DNA from: Fimbriosthenelais zetlandica
Lineage: Eukaryota
DNA: 64,000 bases
Direction of reading: 5' to 3'
Assembly (NCBI GenBank): GCA_977030845.1
Contig: OZ365114.1
Coordinates: 16,120,001-16,184,000 of the forward strand
Under the pieces are notes generated by a model. That model worked only from the letters and a program-made list of their open reading frames with translations, was not told where the DNA came from and did not search any database. The position numbers and the translations under genes were made by a program. How positions within the stretch are numbered: position 1 is the first letter of the stretch; every line of letters starts with the position of its first letter. Positions 1 to 12,945 of the stretch are shown here, piece by piece.

Positions 1-1949
1 GTTTGAAGCCCTTGGAATTTGGGAATTACATCCTTTCATGCAATATGACTGTTTCACCTTCGCATAATGAAAAAAATTACAGACTAACTATAATAATTCA
101 CTCTCAGCTGCTCACCAATTCAATTAGAAATCTTCATCATGCCCCCTGGGGAATAATGTTTACCATTGTCCCTTCTTTTCGACGAGTCCCTGCATCTGTC
201 GTGGCAGGACCATGTTGAGCAAACCTGTGCTAGACACAACCATACCAATCGCCCAGCAGTGCAGGCAATTGCCTCGACCTCTATGGACTACGCACATTTC
301 CCTCCTAGGCCCCAGGGGCACTGTCCACCATATATAAATACCCCCCTACTACCCTTGGGAAGGGGATATTGTTTAGGGGGGTGTAGGCATACTAGGGGCA
401 AGCCGGGTGCCAAGGGGCAAGGGTGACTAGGGCTTGGTGCTCGTGAGTGGGATGGACCCAAGTGGCTTTGACGGGATGATTTATGGTGCAAACCCTATGC
501 GACCCCTGTGGGGCTGTAATGTAATGATTTTACATAAAGCCATTCTTACCAAGCAAGAATCAATCTTATATTGTAACCTCTCCTAGTCAGGCACTCGAGA
601 TCCGAGATAAAATCAGCTAACATGGTATGGATTTATGCAGTGGGTAATGCCTCGCCTCGTCCAGCCTATGAATAAAAGGGGCGTATCGTTTATGATGACA
701 TGGTAACGGACTTCCTGACCGTGGTGTTTGTGTCAAATTAATGTATCAAATCGTACAGAGGGCAATGGAAATCGTTACGATGATTAGTTCATCTGATACA
801 GTTCAGGTGATTCTGACAGTCTTATGCAAGAAATGTGCCAGCATTCAACAGACAAAAACCCTCTATATTGAAGTTGATTACGGAGTCTATTTTTCCAAGC
901 AACAATATCCTGAACGAAAAGAGGGGGCAAACTTAATAAGGTCGGGAAGAAATCCTCAGGGTTTTCTAATATCATAGGCTGTTTATTACTTTCCTTTAAT
1001 CAAAGAATAACATATACCCCTAGAGTATCAACTTTCACGTGACTGGACATTCAACTCCCTTGACCGCTACCAATAGAGTCTATGGCAGGCCCCGCAGGAC
1101 TATTCTGCTATATAGCATCCTGGAAGGCACTGACGTCAGAGGCGTATTCCTGTGCATGTGTATATATTCCACCCCTTTCCCTTTAGTACACTGTGTTCAT
1201 ACAGCCGTGCTTTTTTTCGATCAGGTCTGGTCTTGGCTCCTCCCAGATGTATGTGAAGGGGGACGAGGGACTGAATTTAGATCACTTTGTATCAGCCATA
1301 AACAGGCAAGCCATTACAAAATTATCATGGCTCACTGACTCCACTGGGCAGGGCATGAAGAAAAAGGCAAGCTATCTCTCATCTTTCTCTCCATTAAGGC
1401 TATATAGCTAGGCTTTACAAGCCTAGTGATGGAAAGTAAAGGGAAGGTGTGAGCTTCTTCAGGAGAAAATGGTAGTTGCCAGGAAGCATTGTGTTGATCT
1501 TACACTGTGTTAAAACGAATCCAGGCAGACATCCCTCCACAGAGCCATCACATCAGCCCAACCCTGAGACATTGATACCAAATATGATTCCCTATACGGC
1601 GGCTATCAGATTTGTAAGCTGCTTACGTAAATCCTATGCAGTGGTTTCACCAACGTCCTTTCCTGCCACATTACCCTGGTGTGTGTTCCTTTAAGAAAAA
1701 CATATCTTAGAAGACATTTTTCCCTGGGACACCTAAAAGAAGTTCAAAACAGGAACCTAGCTGTCTAGACTTCACATTTACATTCATGACTTGTTCGCTC
1801 CTCATATCATTACATTGGCTCCCTTTCGCAATTTTGCAGAATAGCAAAGAAGATTTTAAGATATTCCGTCGTGATTTAATCAATGCGCAGATCTGGACAG
1901 CCTAATCTATGGAATATACTTTTCATGACTCAACCTTTTTTGCTGGCAG

Positions 1950-2760
1950 ACACAATGCCTGGAGAGAGACATTTGTGGATGAGTGAATTTAGGGGGAGGA
2001 AATTGCAAGCTGTCCTCTCAACAATGGTCCTGCTCTAATCCATTGTTCCAGTCTTAATGAAATAGAACCTATAAATAGTAATCAGGAAGTGGGAGCCCAA
2101 CTAGGAGTATTAAGACTTCCTCTTGTAGAATTGCTTGCACGGCAGAAGGTTCTTTTTGCTACAGCCTGAAGCGATTCTTGTATCATTTGTCTCGTTTCTC
2201 GTTCCACAACCGAAGAAGCAGAAATGACTGGTTGGATGGAGATTTAGCGCTTCACATCCAGTTGATACAGTGCATGATTATACATCTAGACTGGCCTGTG
2301 TTCATTATAAGGAGAATGGTTCTAATTGAATGGTTTAGTGCCAAAGGCAGATAGACTCCAAAAACATCACAAATGTATTGATTTTCCTTGAAGCTGCCCA
2401 GACAACAAGGAATTTCAATTACAGTAAATTTTTGGATAACTGTTATAAACTTCATGGAATGTTCTCTGAGACTAGTTATATCCCAAAAGGAGATCAATTG
2501 AGTAATATTGCGTAGACAGAAAAGTAAGTTTGAAGACAGATATTTTCCATTCAAGAGCCAGACACATTGTTGCTTCCTTGTTGAAGCTGTCCCCTCCAAC
2601 TTTATGGCTCTTTGCGATGTGCTTTCTACATTCTTGAACAAGTACAGGATTTAGTGGTCAAGGAAAAAAGAGAAATATAGCTCAAGAATGAGGAGCACTT
2701 TATATGCCAGTTTACTGGCAAATGATGTTGGCTAACAAAATCTCAGAAAATCTATCTTTG
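1950..2760 (+). mobile_element. Possible decayed CR1-clade (Crack/Daphne-like) LINE, post-RT C-terminal region
   Basis: Frameshifted translations give EVGAQLGVLRLPL (cf. YGELGRxPL) and SCPLQLYGSLRCAFYI (cf. CPxYxxLRxxYI zinc-knuckle tail). Many stops; by-eye match only. Confidence 0.28.
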
Positions 2761-5700
2761 AAAACATCATTTTGATTTTGGAAAGGATTCATGATTGAGT
2801 CTCTCCGTTTCACGGGGGCTCCGTTAGTATATATTATCAAGCTGTCCTGGGGACATGGGGCGGATGTAAAAGCTTCCCCTCTAGAACATATGCTCTAATT
2901 TATTCTATGTTTAAACATATGGAGGAGGGTGGCAGGAGGGATTCCTCTTATATTCATGAGGCATAAAGGCGAGTCTACAAGCGTTAAAACTGACAAGCTT
3001 TAAAGTTTCAAAGTATTTATGAATAATGTTGTCTTCAGGTCTGATACCATAACATAATGCTAGAATTAAAGGATACTTTAAGGACACGAGTATTGAGTTG
3101 AGAGAGTGGAGTATTGAGTTGCAGCCGAGAACTTGAGTTGCAACCGAGAACGAGGCTTATTTTCCATACTTTCTCGGCAGAAGGCGGCAGGTTTTGCGAC
3201 AGAACTATCGTCATCTGGTTGAGCAGGAGAGTCATAGTCATAGGCACCCCCCACCCCCGCCTAATTTGTTCCCCTTCAACTATTAACTTTATCATTTTTA
3301 ATAACTGACGTAAGATTTAATGAATGAAAGAATGTGTTCCATTACCCAATTTTGTATTAAGAATTACTCAACTCACGTCTTTGCCAGTTCGTTGAGTGGG
3401 CCTAATGCCAGCTCGTTCATTCAAATGACTGGCGTTGTGTTATAATATTAATGAAACAATGGCATAGTACTTATAAATAATGCAAATGTTCAATGTACAA
3501 TATATATTTCCCTCGAATGAAATCCGACAGTATCAGTAGACTTTGTGATGTGTGACTTGCAAGAACACTTTCAGCAATATGAATCAGATATCCACCAAAA
3601 CTGAAGGGCACAGATTAAGTTACATAGCTTTATAAGGTCAAACACGATGACGTATTCATGATCGTCTCCAGGGAATTGGAAAGTCTGCTGCTAAAAATAA
3701 TACCGAATCACGCCCAGTTGAAGTTAGCCTGGAGGGAGATAGAGCAATGCGTTTCTTCCATGACCACAGCCATCAAATGAAATACATACACACAATGCAT
3801 CTCTCTGTCCATGCAGCCTTCCAGTTAGAGATGTCACAATGGTCCACTGTCAATATAGTTTACAATGCTAAACGTGCCAAACCCCACCACTTATAAATCT
3901 TAACGCTAATCCCTTCCCTCATCGTGGGCCACTGTGCAAGGTGTCAAACTCCCATAAAAGGCTGGGGAAAATACTCATAGAGAAGGTTCTGTGTGAAAGC
4001 TTCAATTGTATTACAAGTGGGTCCTCAGTCAGGGGCTCTTAGTGGGCTTGTGGAAACTACAGCACCTGACCATAGGGTTTATGTAGGCCTAAGTTTTAAT
4101 TTTCTGTCAACCTCATGATATATCCTCAGGCGTTTCGTTTCAAAGGATGACTCCCCATTGAACAGACATCTTTTTCCCGTCTTAGAATTTCAAATATCTG
4201 GATAAGGGTGTGGCTCATTGCCATACTTTTCCAATTACATTCCAAGTTGCACTCGTGTGCACTGAGTATGAAATGCAACAGTTATTTAAAGGTATGATTA
4301 TTATTGTATACTTCTTACATCTTGCCTTTGTAGGATGAGTGCACTATCGCACTGAAATTCGATTGGCATTGCTCAGGGTATACAGCCAAAAGAACTGCAG
4401 TAACTGTTGTACAGTCTACGAACATATATATCAATGGCTGAAATGCTGGAAGCAGGCTTCCTCTCATGCAGATAAAATTTATCATGGGATTTCACTGATC
4501 ACAAAAGCAGAAGGCTTTCTCATTATTTCAAGACCAATATCTAAACTTATTGTATCCCAATCGCAATTCAATATATATGAGTTGGCAGGTCTATTTCCAT
4601 TGTAAAGTGCAAGAAATTGCCATGTCTGGAAAGTTGCAGCGCATTCTCTGTCGGTGGCATGATAGTAGGGACTTAGCATTGCCTGAACAGCTTTTGGCAT
4701 ATAAAAGGATCGCGTGGAAGGGCCTCTCAGCAAAGCCTGCAGTGGTCTCGTAATGTGTTTGTGCATTTAAATCCCAGCATGAAGCTTTTAACATTGTGTT
4801 TTTGGATCAGACAGACACTCAAATGACCTCCTTACAACTTTACAAATGATGTCCCAGTCGCCTTTTTTACAACTCCCCTTTGTGGCGTTCACCATTCAAT
4901 ATCAGGGTTATTTGCCAGCCCGCTTTACTAGGCGATGAAATAAATGCATCAATACAATGCTAAAAGCCAAGTGGGAGAACAAATGAGTATATTTTTACCA
5001 GAGAAAAACACTGCAATTTAAGTCCAACAGGCAGAAGGGAGAGACTGCATCAACAGGGAAACCACACGGAGTGTCTGATTCAAACAGCCTGCTCTGCATG
5101 CAATTGATGGACTATCCAACTCCCTCAACCATTTTGTGCATGAGCCTTACCAGTGAACAGAGGTCGTAAGAGATGTTATCGGCTTCAATAATAATTCATT
5201 GTATGTATAGTGTTATATATTATACGTCTGGGTAGAGTCTAAAGCGTCCGGTGGAAGATTCAATTCTAACAAAGAAGGCCATCAATAAACTCAAAACCTT
5301 ACTATTAGTAACAGGCACAGACAATACGCATGGCATGTTTTAATCTGAGGCATGTGAACAATAGATGAAAAAGTTCCTGTTGAAGTATTAAATGTTGAAA
5401 TCCTATAGTTTGTATGCATAAACTCTTACTGACAGCCGGGCAAGCTATCTAGCCATGTAGCGATCACCTTTCTAATATGTCTGACCAGGCTGAGTCGATA
5501 AAAGCCATTTCTCACATGGAGTAAGTCAGTGACTATTGGTACAACAGCTGTCTGCCTATTTACAGAATCAATATATAAGCTGTTTATATGGTGGGTGAGT
5601 GTAGTAAAGGTTGACTTGGAGTCAATTTACCAGAATGGCTTCATTCATTGGTCTTGGGAGAATTAATTCCTCCTCAATTTTCCATGTGGACAATTCATTC

Positions 5701-7419
5701 TGTGCGTCTGAATATTATGAGCCTGAAGGAAATTTGACCTTTGGTGAATTTTGTACGTATGAAAGGTCACAAATTCCCAGTTGATAACCTCGAGAAAATA
5801 ACCTTAATGCCAATGAGGTACTTTTGACTCTAAGAACATTCATGGATCCCTATACAACCAATCTATATCTACTACCTATATAGATCTAAAAGATGATCTG
5901 AGTAACACCTATAGTCAAAGATATCAAATGTACAGTGAAAGGAAATAAATTATTATCGATAAGATAACATTTCCTTTCAAAAACAAATTGTTACCTTCAA
6001 GAATTTGACTACCAAATTCTGACCTGTGGAGGTAACTCCCCTGTCCCAAAAGTACACGGATCCCCTAGACTATTTCATGATCATGGCATAGCATGTCACT
6101 GGGAGTTTTCCACCATCCAAAAGACCATCACCATCAGATACTCTCATTTCTCCTCATTTCCAATCAATTACATTCCCCCCACACGTAGAGAGAATATGAT
6201 TGACAGGCACGTGCCCACAAAAACCACCTCACGCCGGGATGCTTCCAATGTCGCCCGGATGGAATGATCAGGATGCTGGCAACGCCCTCAAGTGTGTAAT
6301 CAGCACACTACACTTTTTATGTGATGTGATGGGTAGGTGGTGGTGGTCAGACATAATGCTCTTAGATAAGCCGGTAATACACTGAACCAATTATAGGACT
6401 GGTTAGCCGTTCAACTGAAAAGGTGACCAAAGGTCTGCCAATTGGTGCTCTCTAAAATGATAAAATCTACCATTGAGAGAATATCTTAGGAAGAGTCTTA
6501 TGATGAGGTGGCTTCATTGAGATTTTTTTGTCTTGAGAGTCTTGTCATCTTCCAGCCGTATCCGCTGCATCTTCCTGTCGCATGTTTAATATCAACGGCA
6601 TACTCGCTATAAAAAACGATTTTGTCGCGATTATCAAACCCAACTATGACGGGAAAACTACCCTACTTTAGGCAAAATCTGTGCAATGCATTCCTGCATT
6701 TTTTGTGGCTAAATCCAGCAGTAAATGCTAACTGATGGAGAAGAATGCAGCAACAGCGGTTCTCAAAAAGTTCTAACCTGTCTGTGCATCTCTGCTGGGA
6801 ATACGCAACATATAGGTAGTGAAACAACGGGAGAGAAGCACCTAGCATGTGAATGTCACAACTGATTTGCTCCAATGAGCGAAGGCCTGATGATTTAGGG
6901 CGGGCATGCGTGATGGCAGGCTCCACAGTAGGCAATGGTATCAGTCTGCCAATAGAGATTGTATGTGTGGCTATTCTATATGGCATTCAGTGTCCGAGAT
7001 ATACTGGCGTGTCCTCCATTGGGGATATGTCGTTTCCTCCATCCCACTGTCCATAGAGGATAACCCTATATCAGACGGGATGAATTCCAATAGGCTTTGC
7101 CCATCCGAAATGAAATATCCCCAAACCCTTTTTCTGATATAAAACTTTGATCGATGATAAAATAATATTTTTCGAAACCCAAGATGTCTTAGAGCAAGTG
7201 TGTGTTTTTGTGTTTGTCTCAATTGTGATGCTCAGCATAATCTACCTCCCCTGGAACGGTTTAGAGACAGTGAGAAATCCATTGCTGAGCTATCAAGAGT
7301 TTAATTTGTTTTTAGCTATATATATGATGGGAAGAGAAGCAATATTTGACAAAGAAAGCTATTATATTTGAGGTTTCCTATTACCTATGAAGGTAATATG
7401 TTACATACATTATGCACCA

Positions 7420-8060
7420 TTATGGAAGTATCTGCGGCATATTCCATTGGGAACATTGCACATGGTCTGGACATGTCGATTAGTTGCCATGTGACCCTTG
7501 ACCAGGGCGTACATCATCCTCCATGAAAGCTGTCCAGATGTTGCCATTGCATAAACTGCCTCCTACAATAGATAAAGGTGTAAAACTCCTTAATTTAGAA
7601 GACATATTATTGTTCCATATGGTTCGAAGCCTCAACTGCAAACTTGCATTTCGTCTCATGCAATAGCCTAGGACTAAATTTAAAAAAACATGTTTTAGCT
7701 CAATCCTCTTGCTGCATACTCACAGGCATTGATATCCATAGGGGCAGTGAAGAAATGATGTAGGATATAACCAATTAAACATTCAGGTTTACTCATTATG
7801 TGCTTGGAGAATACATGGCTGTGTTCCCAAAGACAGCACCAACCCTCCCAAATTAAGGCCACAGAGGTAATCCATCTGAATACTTCTAATTGGAATTTTC
7901 CATAGATCTAATTGCACCACCAAAGATTCCATTTGAGAAATTAATTCCTGCGTTTCACTCCATTAGTCTTAGATGAAGTTGCCACTTTCATAATCTGCCA
8001 GCTTAACAACGTGCCACTAAATTCCGGAATTCACTCTCACTTTTCAATCAAAGTCACCCA
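7420..8060 (-). mobile_element. Decayed L2/CR1-type LINE, RT C-terminal region
   Basis: Minus-strand translation WQIMKVATSSKTNGSETQELIS...GLNLGGLVLSLGTQPCILQAHNE...LVLGYCMRRNASLQLRLRTIWNN...FTPL follows the L2 order W..N.L.LN..KT / NLG..LD..L...HI / L..SRLDYCN / LQ..QN.AAR / ITP. Confidence 0.45.
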
Positions 8061-9639
8061 AACTTGCTCGACAAAGAACTACTGGAGGAAAAGAACATTA
8101 TGCATGGAAAGATGCAAATGCACAATCAGGGAGGCTTTCCTTGTAAAAAAAATATAGATCTGAAATTCAGAAAATTAAATTTTGCTTATGCCATGTTTAA
8201 TTTCAAATTGGATGAGGTATTTTCTTATTGCTTGTTATTTGGATTCATGAGCGTCATTTGTGAATCTGGGTCGAAGGGGGAAATAAAATTCATTAAATAA
8301 AGCTCATAAAATCTGTATTGAAATGAAGCAAAAAAAGAAGCCTGATTCATTTTTTCTCTGTCGCAGCAATGGCCAGTGTCATACTGCAAGGGAAGAAAAC
8401 ACGCTGTGGCCTTTGATAACCCAATTAGCAGTGCTGGGTGATGTTGGGTGGGGAGGTGGGCGTATGGGGTTGGAGACAAGGTTTATATTAAAGTGCTTGT
8501 TGCAGTAGGGGTATTCCTTGTTAGTTTGAGGGGTCATGTAATAACAAAGTCCTTAGTTTTACAGCCATGTTTGAAACTAATAAGGCTGAGTGATACTGCT
8601 TCCTGAAGTCTGACCGGCCACTCACCTCTGTCCCATGCCCTACCACTTTAGAAGGCCATTAGCATTCTCTGGCAGGCTGACTACAGGAGGACTTTAATGG
8701 CGGTTCAGATTACTGAGCTACTGAATAAGATTCAAATGAACTGAACCTGGCCTTTTCACCTTAGATGCACTAGTATATACATTTACGTGTATTAGCCATA
8801 GAGCAGTGCCTGGAGCTGATATTGTATATGTCTGGTTGATAAAAAAAAAGAATATGGATGCTCCGGAAGATGCTCCAGATTTCAAGAGGTCGAAATGGAT
8901 AGAATCATTGAAACCTAGTAATGTCAGTCACCGCATACAAAAGCTCAGGAAAAGCTTTTATGCATGGAATCATATACTGCAGTGGCCTTTGAGTGCACAA
9001 TTTTACCATGCATCAATCTGCGCGACATTTTTAGCCTCTCCGAGATTATTTGAAGGTAGAGAGAAATTTTTAACAGACAGTGCGTCACTGAAGCAGAATG
9101 CTGCTCTGTGCCTCACAGCATCATGTGCATCGTGTACAGCAGTGTGCTGAAAGTATGTCAGTGGGTTGGCTGGGTCAGCCTTTAAAGAAGTATCACACAG
9201 AATCAAAAAGATAGAAATGGTATGGATTACAATGCATCTTTTATTAGAATTCAATTGTATTAATATGTCAAACATGTCTTCATAATATTATGCTAATACA
9301 TTAAATGTATGCTTTCACAAGGGCCTTTGGCCTCAAGCCTCTCAAGTCCAGAGCCATACATTTCATCTTGATGTGACCTCATCTCGCTGTCCTGATCTGA
9401 CACTGTATGACCAACGAAAAAATAGTCTAGGTGTCAATTATATGTCATGTATAATAAGAGTTCTCTGGTGACATGAGACAAGAGGGGAACTACACTCCAT
9501 ATCAAGTTCAAGTGAGGAATAGACAATATAATAGCTGACTGTACAACGAAAGAGATAAAGTACTGGTGAAACTGGTGATTTTATATGCTATGTAGCGTTG
9601 AATCTCCCAAGGCGAAATTGTAATGTAAGTTGAAACATG

Positions 9640-10180
9640 GTTTATCACCCATAAAGTCGTGTAAAGAGATCATATGAACAACACTTAACCCACTTTGGTC
9701 AACAACTTCATTTTGAAGTCAGGAAAGTGAAACTAGTCGAAAAGTGTTGACAGGTGACCTAGAATCCAAACAAATCGAATCAGGTTTAAAAGGATAGCGA
9801 GAAAAGAAGTAGCAGCAGAAAGACTCAGGTGGACCGCCTGTCCTAAATTGACGAGAAAGATTTGTCTGACCTGCAAAAGTTGTTCAAAGAAACAAGATTA
9901 GGATTAGTTGAGAAGGTTGGAGAAGGAGATGGGAATTTCAAACTGAACTGGGACAATACAGTCGATCTTAAACTCCCGTCAAATGGCGGCGGTTCATGTT
10001 CAAACGTGGGTTTTGAGTGGGACGTTGCATGTTACTGGCCGGAATGAGACAATCTGCACCAGTGTTTTATATTGAGGATCAAGTTTCAGGTCGGTTTGAT
10101 CACTGATATTGAGTGTTCGTTGAGTGATTAGGATGACATTGGAACTGCTAGCTCCTCTGCTTCCGACTCTGTCATTCTGC
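9640..10180 (-). mobile_element. Decayed L2/CR1-type LINE, endonuclease-RT linker and RT start
   Basis: Minus-strand LNNFCRSDKSFSSI and FSTSFTFLTSK*SC*PKWVKCCSYDLFTRL resemble L2 ANxF..FF.DKI..IR and LSSF..VT..EV...I.KSPSKSC.LDP.PT.L. Confidence 0.4.
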
Positions 10181-12869
10181 TATTAAGGCACTTACTGAGC
10201 AAAGTAAAAGATATGGCTTATTTCTGTTAATATGAATAAATGTGAGAATTCCTAATTCCTTCAACTTGGAAAAAGGGATTTGAGTCAAGCAATATTAGAG
10301 ATTGAGAGTCCATTTAAGCTGCCAAGCATCCACTAAGCTCACAAGGAGGTCTAACTCTTCTAGGTATACCCATCGAACCCATCTGCTCCTACATAACACG
10401 GTCATTATCAACTTATAATTGTGCCAGGCTAATTTACCTTCATCAGTCATTCATAAGCTGGACTATAATCCTTCACCTTTATTACAGTGATATGTCAGTG
10501 GTGATCACCATAACGACAGTCTGATAATGACTTATGTATCACCAGCTACTAGATCACTCTACCACCGGTTATTATAGCACTGGCTCTGCTGTGGCAAAAT
10601 GTCTACGTACGAGAGAGAAACGCTGTTTATCACCCTAAAAGTGACGCTAACGTGATCATATAATGAATGTTAGCCTAATTTGGTAAATGGCAAGCCTCTC
10701 TAACTAGTTCCATGGTATGACATGGGGAGGGAAACTCGATAATGATGCGGAATGTTCTGGACCTAACAACGCTCCAACCACCCACTAAGATTAATGCGCT
10801 GGGGTCGATTGTATGGTCCATTAATTATTACAAGCATTGGATGAAGTACCTACAAGTAGAGAATGATGAAGGGGCATTAGCTTTGCTAGGTTTGCTGGGT
10901 TTACTCGGTGGTGGGAGGTTATTTCGGGAGGATGTGGATGTGTATTGAATCCTATCAGATCAGCAGAGGAATCTCGGGAGGTAGGGCCAGCCAGGCCTTC
11001 TTTCTTCTACCCCTTTTCTTTAGACTGAGTGAGTTTGGCTCGATGCCAACGTGTTGCTAACCAGGCAGGATAACTCTGTCGTCTGCTGGGATCTGGACGA
11101 GCTTTTGGCGGGAATCTCCAGCAAAATGCCGGTTGCCAGGGGAGTTTTAGCTGGGGAAGGACTGGCTAAATGATCACACTATTGCTGTTCCCAAGACAAC
11201 CAATGGGAGAAGTCGGACATCTCAAGCCTTCCGCATTATCTTTTATGTACACATGGGAAGCAGAACATGGCTGCTTTTAAGCAGCCTTTTTTGGCATGCA
11301 TGATATTTATTGGGCACGTACGTTATTTCTCGTTCCATGTCACACCCTTGGGAATGTAGCCTATGTTTTAGGGAACTGATTAAAGCCATCATAAGATCAT
11401 ATCTGATGCACAGCGTAGGTGACAGTTTGCTTCCTGGTGCCTGCCTTTTTTTCATTTACTTTATTATACCACACAGTATGTCTAATGCATAAATGCAAGA
11501 CAAAAGGTATATGGAAAGCATTTATATCCCATGAAATAACTTTGGGAATAGGAGGAGATTAGCACAGTCATAAAGAAAGAAGTTTTCTGCTTAGTAAAAT
11601 ATTACAGCGTACAGCAGATTGGAAGGAAACTGAAGCAGATGCTGCGTCTCTTGGGACATAATATGTGTAATATATGTAAACCTGTATACATTTATCAGAT
11701 CCTGATTCACACCTTGTACAATGGCGTCAAGCTCTAATGCCTGGATTATCATGAAGGTTACCATTTCCCTGTTTTTGACCACCAATTTTCGCTCCACTTC
11801 CACCGCCTCCCATTTTCCTCAATGTGACCTTTCCATCTTGCTAAAATGGCCCTCCTCCATCATCAGAGGGCGAGCCTGAGGGCCACGCCCCTCAGCGATA
11901 TAACATGGACCTACAAGGCACAGGAAGATCCTCAAGTACCCTTCCTACCACTCCCTCCACATCCCTTATAACCATCCACCTATAAGATGCTTCTGAACAT
12001 ATAAGTAACTGTCTAAATACCCGGGCCTGGCTTTGGTCAGCCCCTTCCACATTATATTACCTCTTCTGCCGATACATGACCTAATTGTACTGGTCACATG
12101 GTCCATAAGTCACGTGAGATTATTATGGGATATAAACATTCTGGGGCTGGTAGAGGCTGATGTGTATACTGTAGTTCCGCACTGAATGGGACTTTTCCGA
12201 CTGATTGGGAGTTAATCTTGGGATTGTTCTTTCTCCCTCGTAGGTGAAGCTGACTATACATAGCCCTATCAGGTTCCAGATAGTGAACTCACCGGGGAAC
12301 CCTAGAATGTAACGATGACTGGGGAGGCTTCCCGTCAGCCTTGGATTGCTTCAGATGGGCTAATCCTCGTTTTGGATACGCCTTTCCAAATGGAGGAAAG
12401 TGGTAACTGAATAGCAGTCTGCATAAAAAAGACAGCCATTATGGCAGAGGCATTGAGTGAGAAAGAGCCAGATAGTGTTCGCACACCTAAGGGAGTTTTG
12501 CAGGTGGTGACAGGTTGAAATCTAATTGAAATAAAACAATATGGCCAGATGAATTTGCCAGAATCAAATATCAATTTCCGGTTTTTTTTTATATCGTAAT
12601 GAAGAATATCGCTATTTATCAGGGTGGCTTCAGAATCTTATATCCTAATTTTCAGACATGTTTATAATTCTTACTTTGTTGCTGACATAAAAATAATATA
12701 ATAATATATACTAATTTTTAAACACATGTTTGTCTGTATGTCTGGTAAAGCCTGTAAAGTGACTTTTAGTTGTGTGACCTGATCAGACCCTCTTACTGTA
12801 CTCTAGCAAGGCCACTCATCCTTTCTGTTTTTACAGTCTGTTTTCCTATGTCCATCCTCTAAATACTCT

Positions 12870-12945
12870 CCTTTTCCCTCTCTCTGTGCTCTCTCTCTCC
12901 CTGTCCTCTCAACTCTCTCCTCTCATCCCCTTATTCTTGCCTGCC
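12870..12945. repeat. Pyrimidine-rich low-complexity tract
   Basis: ctctccttttccctctctctgtgctctctctctccctgtcctctcaactctctcctctcatcccc. Confidence 0.7.

Noticed and set aside
3088-3151. Nested short duplications (GAGTATTGAGTTG x2; TTGAGTTGCARCCGAGAAC x2)
   Set aside because: Only two copies each; ordinary slippage or MITE subterminal repeats, not a spacer-repeat array.
11269-11292. Hairpin GGCTGCTT/AAGCAGCC followed by a T-run, like a bacterial intrinsic terminator
   Set aside because: Eukaryotic intron context; a short stem of this kind is expected by chance.
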